Positions 47,055 to 60,060 of a stretch of 64,000 bases of DNA are shown here, piece after piece. The notes beneath the pieces are model-generated. The model worked only from the letters and a program-made list of their open reading frames with translations, was not told the DNA's origin and ran no database searches. The stretch comes from Phoronis australis (Eukaryota; Animalia; Phoronida), in assembly GCA_002633005.1 (NCBI GenBank), contig NMRA01000269.1:124001-188000 (forward strand), in the 5' to 3' direction. Position numbers and translations under genes: made by a program. The stretch's first letter is position 1; each line of letters begins with the position of its first letter.

Positions 47055-48309
47055 TTATTACTCTGCGCGTGTAAGCGCAGAGTGCTGTTGTTCCTGGGTT
47101 TTCTTCAATTTTATTCTTATTCTTATTCTTCTTATTCTTCTTCCGACCAACTTTGAGGCTTAATAACTCCACATTGGGTGCAGGTACGGTCTTTAAATTC
47201 AGCATATGACTTTTGACAGTATATAAAATTTGATTGGTTATATAATCATATTCCATATTGCACCGGAAGAGGTCGTTTGGTGCAAAGGTCATATAATTTT
47301 CAAAATGCTACTCCTCCTTCAGTTTTAAAGCTATCTTTTTCAAATTCGGTGCACAGGTATAAGTCAACATGACAATTTAAAAAATTACTTTTCTAAGTAA
47401 TCGGGTCATCCAATCAGGTGAAATAGGTCATAGGTCATTAGGTGCAAACTAAAATTTTGAGCTAGACACTTCAAATTGACAGGTCTGATTGCCACAGGTA
47501 AATCAAATCGGAATCCAAAGTTTCAGGTCATTTAGTGCAAACATGGGGTCATTAGGTGCATTTTTCTTCTGAAAATTTGACCTTTTCAATCAACAAGTAT
47601 TCTGATGTGTCAACCGTTAGACAACTGCGATTCTCAGCGTTAAACACATTTTCCATGGGCTTTGCAATGATTCTCCAAAAGATGCTTAAAATACACCTGA
47701 TAAGGTCAATTAGTGCAAAGGTCATGTAACGTTCAAAATGTTATATCTCTTACGTTTTTCAAGGAATTCTTTTCAATTTCAGCACCTTGGTGTAAGTCAA
47801 CATGTCAATTGAATACCCTACTTTACTTCGCAATAGGCCTAACCAATCAGAAAAAATAGGTCAAAGGTCATTGAGTGCAAACTAAAATTTTGAGCTAGAG
47901 ACTTCAGAATTACGTATCTGTTTACTAAGTGCGATTGAAATTGAATTCTAAATTTTCAGGTCATTTAGTGCACCCATGGGGTCATTAGGTGCATTTTTCT
48001 TCTTAAAGTTTGACCACTTCATTCACCTTGTATTCTGAAGTGCTTAAAGGAAAACATCTTTGATTATTAGCATTAACCACACTTTTAATCGAGTTAACAA
48101 TTAATCCCTCATCAGGGCTTATAATGCACCGGAAGAGGTCAATTAGTGGAAAGGTCGTCAAAAAATTAATATGTAATTTCTCCTACAATTTTATAGAATT
48201 CCTTTTCATATTGGTAAACGGGTTGCTGTCTGTAACTTCCCATAATAATTCCAGTAATACGCACGCGCAGAGTCCGTTATTGTCACGGCGTGACAATAAT
48301 CTTTCTAGT
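47055..48309 (+). mobile_element. non-autonomous Helitron/Helentron-like element with a tandem-repeat core
   Basis: 5' hairpin actctgcgc..gcgcagagt, (TTC/TTA) microsatellite, ~433-bp units starting near 47257/47690/48123, 3' gcgcagagt, hairpin ttattgtcacg/cgtgacaataa, CTAGT end. Confidence 0.7.
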
Positions 48310-48611
48310 TTATATTATTATTTGTATGGGAGGGGGGGACGGCAGTAGAAATAAAAATTCATAGGTGGTGGTTTTCAGAATAAAGCTCAAATTATGGGTG
48401 GTCGTTGATGTAAGAAGTGAAGTATTAAAACTGGATACTGTTTTTTATCTGTCAATGTTGAGAGGTTGGTATTTTCGGCCAAATACATCACAAACGAAAT
48501 CATAACTCATCGATCGAAAATTCACTTGACAAATACCCTAACATGACCCAAAACAACAAACAAGCCCATGTTGCCAGTGTACAGAGTACAATGTGTACAC
48601 TAAGCCATTAA

Positions 48612-50020
48612 AGGAGAATGCCACCCGATTTAATTTGTCTTTTTTGCCGTCTTAATCGGTCTATATCCACATCGCGTCGCATACGGTCGACCTTACCTTG
48701 CCAAGAGGTGTCGCGTTGACCTGTGAGGAAGGTTAGAAACGACGCTAGCGACGTCAGTGGTTCATATGCAGAGTGAATGCCGCTATGTTGCGGTGCATTG
48801 TTCCCGCTTCTTCGAACTAAGCAGCTGCGAGGAAAGCGGGTATATCGTTTTTTTACTTCCTCGAGAGTCCAAAATGCTTAGGAAGTGGCTCATGGTAGTG
48901 AAGAATGAAATGTACGCTGTAAATAGCACGTGTGAGGCCGTGAAACATCTCCGTGTCTGTGACCTGCAGACGTCGACAGTGCCTGACGAATGCCGGCTTA
49001 CCAAATAACTGCATTCCTTCCGTTGTCTGAGCTTGTTCACGGCGCCTCTCTAGTATTCTTCATCACTGTATTCCTTTTCGAATTGATAGCCTGTAAAACT
49101 TAACGACCAGCTGCGAAGTCGGGACTGATGAGCTCTAGCTCGTCCTAAGTCGGGATTGCGAGTTGCCATGTTGGCGTTTATTACTGAGCGTTCTGTTTCA
49201 AAATGAATTATTCTCACCCTAACCAATACTTATATAAAACTGAAACAAAGTCTGTCTCATTAGATACAATTTGTAATGCCTTTGGAGTGTTCGTCGGAGT
49301 CCAAATGATTTGAGAACGTTACCGGCTTTTGAAGTGCAATAAAACTACTGACGGGTAGGCCGTGTGAGCTCATGCTAATTTAGTGTTTGCTGGTAGAAAC
49401 TGTTGTGAAACAACTCGATTTCCATCCCACGGCCATGTGTTAGGGGAATCTTTATTTACATTTACATTACTCAAATAATGATTGTCAATGTGCGACTTCT
49501 TCCCTGACGGTGCTGTGGCCAAAGCGGAACCTGAATTCGCGTCCCCCGACGAGTAAGTAGATTTGCAGTTTCGTGGCTAATTCACCAACATAATCATGTG
49601 CACATTACTTTGGCTCACTAGTATAGTATTTTCTTGACTGGAAGTTTAGTTTCCACTGAACTTTGGCTGGTTTATGTTCGTGATGTCTGATCAATTTCCG
49701 AGCCACTGGCCGGGATAACGAGTCAATCCGGCCGGCCGCGACGGGCCTCATCGCGCTTCGAGCCACTGGCCAGGATAACAAGCGTTTTGTGTTTAGAACT
49801 CAAAAAATCACAAGTCTAAACAACACAGATCTAGGTTCTCCTGTCTGTATCTCACGGAAAATACTTCGAAATTATCTCCAAACAGACCCCAAACTCCTGC
49901 TACGGACCTAATTGGCCTGCCGAACTTTGTAGGCTACGGTGTGTCCAAATACCAATAAATCCGTATGAGCGAAATAAAACAACACGTTTTTATTAGAACT
50001 CGGTGTATTTTTAAGGGTTT
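48612..50020 (+). mobile_element. Kolobok-like element, 3'-truncated copy with decayed THAP domain
   Basis: TTAA|AGGAGAATGCCACCC left end; colinear with 60061-61495. Confidence 0.75.
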
Positions 50021-50022
50021 AA

Positions 50023-50164
50023 GTACTAGTCCACGAGAGCACCAACCATGAGCGGCAAGGTGGGGGTCAGCCGATTTTCACCAAATTCGGCACATATGTA
50101 GTCCTATGGGATCTATAAACAGCGGTAAAATATTTCCTCAAAATATTGTGTTTTTCTAAAGTTA
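50023..50164 (+). repeat. TTAA-flanked element end (gtactagtccacgag...), repeated at 50768
   Basis: Direct copies at 50023 and 50768; the first is cut by the N at 50165. Confidence 0.6.
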
Positions 50165-50254
50165 NTAAAACTTAAGTTATTTTCCAAAAACTTAAGTTTT
50201 TTCGCCAAAAACTTAAGTTTTCAGCGAAAAACTTAAGTTCATATTTGTAAGGGC

Positions 50255-50579
50255 TCATACTTGCTATTTACAGCATACATTTCATTCTTCACTACCATGA
50301 GCCACTTCCTAAGCATTTCGGACTTTCGAGGAAGTAAAAAAAACGATATACCCGCTTTCCTCGCAGCTGCTTAGTTCGGACAAGCGGGAACGATGCACCA
50401 CAAGATAGCGGCATTCACTGTGCATATGAACCCCTGATGTCGCTAGCGTCGTTTCTCACCTTCCTCACAGGTTAACGCGACACCTCTTGACAAGGTAAGG
50501 TCGACCGTATGCGGGGCGATGTGGATATAGGCCGATTAAGACGGCAAAAAAGTCTAATTAAATCGGGTGGCATTCTCCT
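50255..50579 (-). mobile_element. inverted left-end fragment of the same Kolobok-like family
   Basis: Ends gggtggcattctcct|TTAA; reverse complement of 48612-48935. Confidence 0.8.
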
Positions 50580-53500
50580 TTAAGGTTCTTTTTCCGTTTC
50601 ATTCTTTCTCCTTGAAACAGGTTTCAATCGAAATTGATCATTTTCATTCAAAAGCATCATTCCACATGACGGCGACATCCCGTTGCTGCCAACTTGTTCG
50701 ATTCTATAGCCCAACAACAAGTTGTGAAGTTTACCTCCGAAGCCAATATCTTACACAACTGATTAAGTACTAGTCCACGAGAGCACCAACCATGAGCGGC
50801 AAGGCAGGGGTCAGCCGATTTTCACCAAATTTGGCACATATGTAGTCCTATGGGATCTATAAACAGCAGTAAAATATTTCCTCAAAATATTGTGTTTTTC
50901 CAAAGTTATAGATTCAAATACATTTTACGGTTTCGCAGCCATGTTTTCACGGTATAAAAACTGTCCAGGTTTAACTGTTCATATTTTTCCTTGAATGAAA
51001 GCTATTGATTTATTATTCACTTGGCATTGTTTAGTGGTGCCTATAGATTGTTACACAGATGTCTTGAAACACGATTCCGATTTACCGCCCTCATTTAGTA
51101 GTTTTACTACACTGCCCCCCGTTATGCCATTTTGAGGTTGTGTTCAGTACACTGCTGTACCAAATCTGCCCCCACTGCTATGAGAATGAAACTTAGCCAA
51201 AATGTTGACAAAACATATTACTTTCATTGCATAAAATAAAAACTTTGTCAGCCAGTGTATTAGTTATACATTTTGGCACCTCAAATGTACTAAAATGAGA
51301 AATTGTCATATATCTGAGATCGATGCGTGAGCACCGTAAAATCCGATTGTCCTTCATATTTTTCGATATTTTGTAACAAGGTAGTTCCTCCTGAATGTTT
51401 TGAACGTTTTACTACTCATCACTTTGGGCTATAGTACCCCTAAATATCACACATGGCTCCATTTTGTAAAAAGCCGATTATGTCCTCCGCAGTGAACAGG
51501 GTTAGACATGAACTCGACAAATGTAGGTTATTTTGATTTACAGTTGTTTTACTTAGCAATTTCCTCATGGGTATTTCTTCACACATATTCAAGTCAGATT
51601 TTCTGTTGATCAAATGTTCATGCAATGCATTGAAATATCAAATGAATGATAAGTTTGGTGGCATGACCGCAGTTTTTCACACGACTTAAAACAAAAGACC
51701 GCAGAAATTTTCCTGACGAAATACCGGATTTGCAGTTCTCTAAAAACATTCGAATGACAAGACAAACTCCACCACTGTCCATGGCAACTCGTCGCATGTT
51801 TTTTGCCCATTGGTCCTATCATTGTTTTCCATTGTTGTGTCACTGTTGGATATAACAACACAGGTCGCATGGATATAGGACCTTGCGTACATCAGACCGT
51901 TGCCGATACGTGCTCGCCATTATATCTTTATTATAACAATGAAGATGCTAATCTATTGTTCCCTATGCGACCAGGTTTCCCGTGGATGACCTCAGAAGAG
52001 GAATCCCAAAGTATCCACAAACAATGACCACGCACCTTAGTAACTATTACCGCGCACACGAATCCTTTCCGTGGAACCTAAACACCAAATTTTTATATCC
52101 GTGTATTGTGTTGTATTGCTCATGGTACGGGTTCAGACTCTGTTGTATTAAGATTCCAATCCCCAACCCAATCTGTAGTTTGAGTAAAATTTCAAGACAA
52201 TGCAGGTTTATGGATTTAGTCTCCTTAAAACGAAGAGTAAAAATCAAATTCTGCACAGGTTTTTTAAAAGTAATCAATTATTGGAAGATCACACATCTAA
52301 AAAATAAAACAATGTTTGACAATTTTTTTCATTATCTTATTTGAAAATTGCCTACCTCACAGACAACTCATCTAAGCTGAAAATATTCCTTGTGAAAAAA
52401 TATAAAATACCAACCAGAGACTTGTGTACTACAGAATATGTTTTCATAATACAATGCAAAGATAATTGTACAGTCAAAAGTGCAAATATTATGACTCTAA
52501 TCAAAAAATATGCCTTCTAGATCTTTTCAACACTCTAATTGCTACAGGACAGAGTCAACCACACAAAGCCCATAAAGTCAGGGAATTACATTTAAGGTGA
52601 CGTAGTCTCACTGCGAAAAACTTATTTCGCAATATCGCTGACAACACTGGAAATCTCTTCTTCACAAACTTGAGGTAGCTGTATTTACCAGATCAATGTT
52701 CTTATCAAAACTAACCATCACAAAGTGACAAATTGGCATGACGGTTCCAATTAGGCAGCATTTTACATTGAAATGGTCATGAAAAAATACTTTTGCAACA
52801 TGGTTTGCATTACAATTGCCCTACGATTACAGTTGTACATACATTCTAGACCACTACCAAAATTACCCATGGGAACCATGAAATGGTCAATTTGCCAAGA
52901 AAAACAAGGAGCCACCAGAGCTAATGTGGAAATACTTTTCAGTACTGCAACAAAAATCATTTGAAGTGGACATAAACTCGCCTAGAATCACATAAAACAA
53001 CTTTTGATTTAGACATTTTACCATCACGAAATAGGTATTACTGCCAGGTCACTTTTGAGCAATTTCAGAACTTTGAAAGATCTGGCAGAATGCAATTGCT
53101 AGAGACCAGACTAATAGTGTGTGATTTTATACACACGGCATGGTCTCAAGGAATAGCAAACTGTCAATTCGCTATAACTCCAGAAATCACTTCCCATCTG
53201 GATAAGGAACAAACTGAGCAAATTTTATAGAGGTAGATGGTCTAAATCAAAACTTATTACCTCCTGGACAGAATATGGGTTTACAGCCCAGGTAGAAAGA
53301 TAAGTTAACGAAACCAGCCTAACTGCAACAGGGTCTCAAATTTCAGTAATATATACCCATTTACAAACAAAAATCTCTGATGGTAAATAAAATGCGGAAA
53401 CATAAATTCAGATCAATTATGCATCTTCAAGGAAAAGGAACAGTACAGTGGTCAGAAATCATCTAAATGTGATGGCCACACTGAGAAATCCTGTCAGACC

Positions 53501-53859
53501 AAAAAATCCAGTGGCTAAACAAAATGAACAATGTACCATTACCATGTGGCCCAGGAACATGATCCGTGCCCGAAGAAAAATTCAGTCTTAGACTAGGTAA
53601 ATTTTAGATTTGTGCTGTTCACACAAGCAGTTCTGGTGCAAACAAAGCTTTCGACAACACACAAGCCTACTTCTCTACAAAGCTGTGCTGATACAATAAT
53701 ACCCCCACTGGATTTAGCAGATCAGCCAGAGTATTTACAGGTCCAGCCACTGTACTGTTTCCTCCCTTTGAATTTTTACAATGCTACATCCTTGACAATC
53801 GCAGATTGCCTCTTTCAATGCATACTTCACTTCCTCTGTCCCAGTTTCCCCACATTTGC

Positions 53860-54143
53860 TGAGAGTGGCCTATCTCAAGAAATTACTTTGGACCTGTTGT
53901 GGTATAAGCCAGTAATCTTTGGCAAATACTTTTCCCCCCGACTCGTTCCTCAAGCTACAAATTCTCTTTGACATATCTTCTGGGAGTACACTTTACGGCC
54001 TCTCTCTAGCCCCCTCACTTAGTTGTCCAGAAGGGTACCTGCTTGCTGGTTGTGAACTTTTCCATACCCAACCTTTACTAATAATCGGCAAGTCTCCAAC
54101 TTCAGCAGAAGCCACTTCTTCAGCATAAGCCTTTCCTGATTCC
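53860..54143 (-). mobile_element. Sola3-like transposase C-terminal fragment
   Basis: LPIISKGW ... PEDMSKRICSLRNESGGKVFAKDYWLIPQQVQSNFLR resembles the GWA...P..V...MR...G...F.....LT.QQI.S.FSR motif (from memory). Confidence 0.5.
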
Positions 54144-54326
54144 TAAAATTGTATTAATGAAAAAATTAAACATATTAAATTTAATGTGGCCACTTCGGCT
54201 CAGAAAATATGAATACCAAGCTAAAGTGAAGGCACCAATAATTTTTACGGCTTTAGCATGTTTAATTAACTTCATAATCGCAGAAATTCATTGGCAGACA
54301 TAACATACTCCCTAGTCTCTAAAAGT

Positions 54327-54497
54327 ACCCTTACAAAAATGAACTTAAGTTTTCATCGAAAAACTTAAGTTTTTGGTCTGAAAAACTTAAGTTTTCATTC
54401 CCGAAAACTTAAGTTTTTGGCGAAAACTTAAGTATTTTGGAACAAGTTTTTTGGAACGAACTTAAGTTTTCATAACTTAAGTTTTCAAAAAACTTGA
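54327..54497. repeat. array of palindromic AAAACTTAAGTTTT motifs at a TE end (inverted mate at 50166-50253)
   Basis: About 7 units following cccttacaaaaatgaac. Confidence 0.75.
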
Positions 54498-55288
54498 ACC
54501 CTTGCTTGTCTTGCAAAACGTGCTTTGTCTATATGAGTGATCCTGGTTGATTATACCGCAGGCTCAATTCAGCTTTTACAACTCGGGATATTTGTTTTGC
54601 AGTCGTCTTCGCTTACTTCCTGGCAGTGTCCCTTCAATTCATATTAAATCAAGGAAACCAACCCTGCTGCCTTCCCAGAAAGTGTCTGCCTTGTCTGGGA
54701 GTCCAAAGCAAAAGACACAGAGATCTTTGGTTTCAAGGAAGCTTGAGTCTGCAAGGGTAGGTTAATTATAAATTGTAACGTATATACAGCACACATCACG
54801 AATTTTTGGCCGACCGGTCGGAAATTGGTCGACGACCGGCCGTCGACCGGTCGTCTAGCCGACCACCAGCCGACCAACAACGGTCGGCTGGGAGCCGTCT
54901 GCTTAGTCGCCTCTGTGGTCGGCACTTGGGTCGGCTAATTGGTCGCCTAGCTTAGACGACCAATTCGGATTAAGCGTGTCCTTGGTCGGCAATTAGCATT
55001 TTATGACTTAGCGGGTGAACTTTGGACAAACAAACATTTAACTGTTCGCTGTTCGTTCAGCAGTGGCAACTCCGGTCTTGACATCGGTTTATCAAATTTT
55101 GTTCAACTATTAAATGGAGGTAAAATCGAATCAACCTACAAATACGAAGTGCGTGGCATTACACAAGCCGAATACCTTATGTTGAATTAATGACGGCGTG
55201 GTAAAATCAAACGTTAAGTGATATAGCGGAAAAATAATTTCTAACTTTAGATATCAGACTTTTTATGCAGTGCATTATGCATAAAAAC

Positions 55289-55763
55289 NNNNNNNNNNNN
55301 NNNNNNNNNNNNNNNNNNNNNNNNNNNNNNNNNNNNNNNNNNNNNNNNNNNNNNNNNNNNNNNNNNNNNNNNNNNNNNNNNNNNNNNNNNNNNNNNNNNN
55401 NNNNNNNNNNNNNNNNNNNNNNNNNNNNNNNNNNNNNNNNNNNNNNNNNNNNNNNNNNNNNNNNNNNNNNNNNNNNNNNNNNNNNNNNNNNNNNNNNNNN
55501 NNNNNNNNNNNNNNNNNNNNNNNNNNNNNNNNNNNNNNNNNNNNNNNNNNNNNNNNNNNNNNNNNNNNNNNNNNNNNNNNNNNNNNNNNNNNNNNNNNNN
55601 NNNNNNNNNNNNNNNNNNNNNNNNNNNNNNNNNNNNNNNNNNNNNNNNNNNNNNNNNNNNNNNNNNNNNNNNNNNNNNNNNNNNNNNNNNNNNNNNNNNN
55701 NNNNNNNNNNNNNNNNNNNNNNNNNNNNNNNNNNNNNNNNNNNNNNNNNNNNNNNNNNNNNNN
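55289..55763. other. assembly gap
   Basis: 475 consecutive N. Confidence 1.
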
Positions 55764-56240
55764 TTCCACACCAAGAAATTGCCTCATTTTGCCCCCAAGA
55801 ACACTTCCCTTGTATCTCCTAAACCACCAAACTTTGTGGTGTCATACTTCCCCCAATTTCTCTCATCCCTAATGTGATTTATCAGACTAAACATGGATCT
55901 GAATGGCTGACCCCCCACCTTGCCGCTTGTTGGCTGTACAGTGGTCGGTGGATCCGTGGACTGATACTTAACATCGAAGTTTGATGATTTATTGGTGTTA
56001 AACGATGACTTCAAGCGATAAGCTAACACCAGTAACCCGAAAAATTCCTGAACCAAAAGTTTCAACATAAATGTTGAGCTCAGTACTGTGTTCTGCAATA
56101 AAAAGCAAGTGGACAATGTTTTGATGACCAATGCGTGGGCCGAAACTGCTGAGCACCCAGCGTGTTACATTTGTCTGCTGCGTTTTTCCTTTGGCCTAAC
56201 TGGTGTCGGTTAGTGCCTGGGACAAATAGATACATTGCAT

Positions 56241-57025
56241 CATAGACTATAGTACATGGACCGCCAACTCCGTATACTTTCAGTGGACGAAATCTGTGAG
56301 CTTACGCACAAGCCCTTACGTCATTATTCACTGGCGACACCTGGCTAAATTTTCTGGTGCCATTTCCGGCAAGTCCGTCGTCTGCTAATCATGGTCGGCT
56401 GCTGTGTGGCCGCTTGTTCGGCCACACACGCGAAATGCAAAGGGATTAGCTTCAATACCATCCGAAGACCCCATAATCGGCTGTGGAAGAAAAGCTAACT
56501 TCTTGTGTCTACGTGAATGGCATTTTTTTCACCAATAAGGCTTTGTATATTTGTTCAAGCCACTTCGAAAATGAATGTTTTTAAGACCCTCTGATGGGCC
56601 TACTACTTAATCCTGTCTTCACAAATCCATTTTTCTTTTCTCCGTTTTGATGAAAACTATCTGGTGAACTTTTCGACGAAAATTGTCCGCTAAATTTCTT
56701 CCAAAGGTAGTGACTCGTGAACTCTTGTCCTTACTAGGAACTTCAGCCATAGTCTAATGAGCGAATTAACCAAATTACTCTTCGCTGGCCCTGATTAGAC
56801 GGTTGGTCTCAGCAGAATGGGCATATTTGGCCAGGATTTGGAACAGCGATTTCAACAAATTCACACTGATTCGTGTACAAATAAATAGAACACTTCAGAA
56901 ATAACCACCTGGACCAGTCAAAATCTATCTCACAATTCAACAGCAGGTTACATACTCATTTATTAATGTCGACTGTATGCCGCACAAAACTTGAACCATC
57001 TTAGCCAAGTACGCTGCAGCCTATG
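56241..57025 (+). mobile_element. P-element-like derivative with decayed THAP zinc finger
   Basis: catagact...cctatg ends; MVGCCVAACSATH..GISF...YICSSHFENECF from 56391. Confidence 0.55.
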
Positions 57026-58589
57026 AAAATACCGAAAACTAACCGGAGTTTCAACTTCTTTACAAACATGGAACAGGGATATCAAAGGGGTATAAAGGTT
57101 GTTTTTATGCTTCAATGTTATATTTTTGTAAGCAGGCAAATGTTTTTTATTTAAATCTGCCTTAATTCCTACTATTTCAAAGGTATTTCCAACCTTACGC
57201 CTTTCAAATGAACATTTATGACAAAAACGTAATTCTTCAACCGGTTTTGTAAAGTCCTTCATCACCTGTATATAATATGAACCAATCCTACTCCTAATGT
57301 AACAAAAAGGCCCCTTGCATACTAAGTATGGTCCTGAAATATTGGATCGGTTCTGTTAACGCAACCTCGCACGTAACCTTTTATGAATTTACCGTAGTTG
57401 GCTACAGACAGGCCCACCTTTATAAAAACTGGCAACACAGACAAACTCATGCGCGCACCCAGGGGAAAAGTCCCAGAGAAAGAGACGAAAGTCCACCACA
57501 GTACCCCGTTTTTTATTTTAGTTCTCACGATTTTTTGTTAGCAAAGTGTCCACTTTGCCAGAGATTCGAGCCTCCCAAAATTAGAGGCTGGGTGCGCGCA
57601 TGAAACGTCTACACAAGTTGCACCCAATGCAGCTCCTGGTTTAATCGCGGGCTTCTTTTTTAAAGTTTGGTCAGGTATATATAAAGCCACAAACATGGAA
57701 GTTCACTGAAACACGTCTACCTTACAAATGTGACAATCCCTAGCCTCGGAAAACTTGAGAACCCGACAAAAATACTAATGATGAAATACCGGTGATGATA
57801 ATCATCCACTTTGTTAATTTAGTTCACCTACACAATTGGAAATAGCGGCTAAAATGAAACTCATTCGAGTAAGCACCACGTCATGCGGTCCTTCTGCACA
57901 CAAGGCACTAGGACATTCCATTTCCAGCCGCAATGTTGGTTCGTTTGTGTCATGTACCACGAGTTTGGTCAGCTCCAGGCTCCCATAGGCTGATGATTGT
58001 CATGTGTCATACATAGGGCTCCTTTGTTCTCAGTAAAGTTATATTTCCTGCCATCAGTACTTCACTTTAGCAGCACTTAGGTTCGAGTTTAATCTCTCTT
58101 CAAGTTTTTCCCACCCTCTACCACGCTCTCCTTTCGGTGGTTCCTCTTACCTGATTTCTGGAGCTTTTTATTGCCCATCTTTCCCGACATTATTATTTTA
58201 TCCTTGTGTTATCTGTACACTCATATTTCTGTACCTTATCAGTCATAATAAATGACCTTATATCGCCTATACACGGTCTTCTTTTTATCTCTGGAAACTG
58301 AGCTTGCGACACACCTATTATTTTCGGGACATATTTCGACCATAAAGTCTCTTATTTTAAGTACACTGTAACAATTGGCTTTGTTGAAGTCGCATGTGTG
58401 TGGTTTTGATCCACTTGAGGACATTAATATTAATTAAGAGGACTGTCAGTCATGGGAATGTTTTCATGAGAAAAAAATCTAGTCCTTTAAAACATATAAC
58501 CTGTTTATGACACAAATTGAATGTAATGTCCTGAATTGGAGAATTCTACCAGTTATTTGTAGTATAACCTTCACTGTTTCCCATGACAG

Positions 58590-58844
58590 GAGGTCCTTTC
58601 CATCCGCAAGTCATTGACACACGTCGCGTTGCTGCGGTGGGCGGCTGGCATAGCGTGATGGACACTGAGAACAGAGATCACCTAGTGCCTAACGAAACTA
58701 ACACGATCATGATTGAGACGACTTCTTCTGGATCAGGCAAGCTGGAGGTCACGGTTACTGGACCTGCTCGGAAAACGATACCGGCCAGCGTCCATCAGCA
58801 GAATGACGACCAAACGGTGATCACATTCACACCTGTAGAGACAG
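58590..58844 (+). pseudogene. duplicate filamin exon E12'' (copy B)
   Basis: 255 nt, open frame, AG/GT intact. Confidence 0.92.
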
Positions 58845-60060
58845 GTAAAGTCACGTTTTTACAATTCAGTTTTTCATCTGTGCAGCATGACACTATCTTT
58901 TCGTTGTTGCACATCGGCACTGTTCTCAGTGTCTCCAGTGGGAGCTGCAATTGTTCGAGGGCTTACATTGTTTTAGCCAGTTAGTTGATATTAAGCAGAG
59001 CACTTATTCATGCAAATTTTCGGTTCCAGTTATTTGAATGAGGGTTAGGAATCCTGTGGCCAGTTGCACGAAACAGTTCCAAATAAGGACTCAACGAAGT
59101 TCCCTAAATCTACACAGGGCCGTGGGAAGCGGGGGGAGGCACTTTTGTCCCTCTGTACATGTAAATCCGACACTGCCAAGTATTCTCGAGGGACGTTGAG
59201 ATTCCAAATTCATCAAAAAAAAACAAAAAACAGCACAGCAGTATCAAGACATTCTACACAAACAACCAAAAAATGTATAAAATACAATAGGATTGACCAC
59301 CATCTAAAGAGTGGAATTTTGTACGTGAATTCAACTATTTGTAAATTACACGAATGAACTATTTCCGAGGGTTAGTTATAAAATAATGTTATTGTTACCC
59401 ATAGTATTACAAGAATAGCATCTGTTTTGAAAATGGTTACGATGAGTTGTTTGTAAGGAATTCCCACATGTGGGAAACACTGCTGTCGAGGCTACCATTG
59501 GGGTGACCGTGTACATGTTGAACGAGTGTACTCAAATACTCTCAATAATAAACAAATATTTCAGCGTTTTTTGAGGTCAAGTTAAAACTCGTGAACCGTT
59601 ATAAGTTCTTCGGAAATGAGAAAAAATACACCTAACTATGAATCTCCCATTTTCCCCGGCTAAAAATCTGCGAGTATGGCTGCAGAAATTGCTTATAACA
59701 TTCCGTTTTGATCAACAAATGTGTTGGTTTCTAATTTACATGTTTATTTGTCTACGAAAGCCGTCAGGTTAATAAATGATTTTGGCAATTAGAAGCTAAT
59801 CTTTTAAGAAAGGATGACGATTCATGGAATTTAGTTGAAGCCTGAATATGGAAAAACTCTATAATCAGATCCCCGAATAGAATAGTGCACTTGGACTCTT
59901 TTTGCCTATCTAAAATAACTCTCAAAGACTTTCCGAGATTTGTACACTTCTCAAAAATTTACTCCCAATTCAAATGACAATAAATACAATACATTGCTCT
60001 TTGACTTTGCTACAAGATTTATTGTTTAAACTCACGAACAGGGGATCAAAAAGGAATTAA

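Noticed and set aside
35418-47059. Filamin copies as processed retro-pseudogenes or TE-captured cargo
   Set aside because: Introns are retained and colinear, and no element ends bracket the fragments; the TEs are inserted into the copies
55247-55822. 170-185 aa ORFs
   Set aside because: They consist of the N gap
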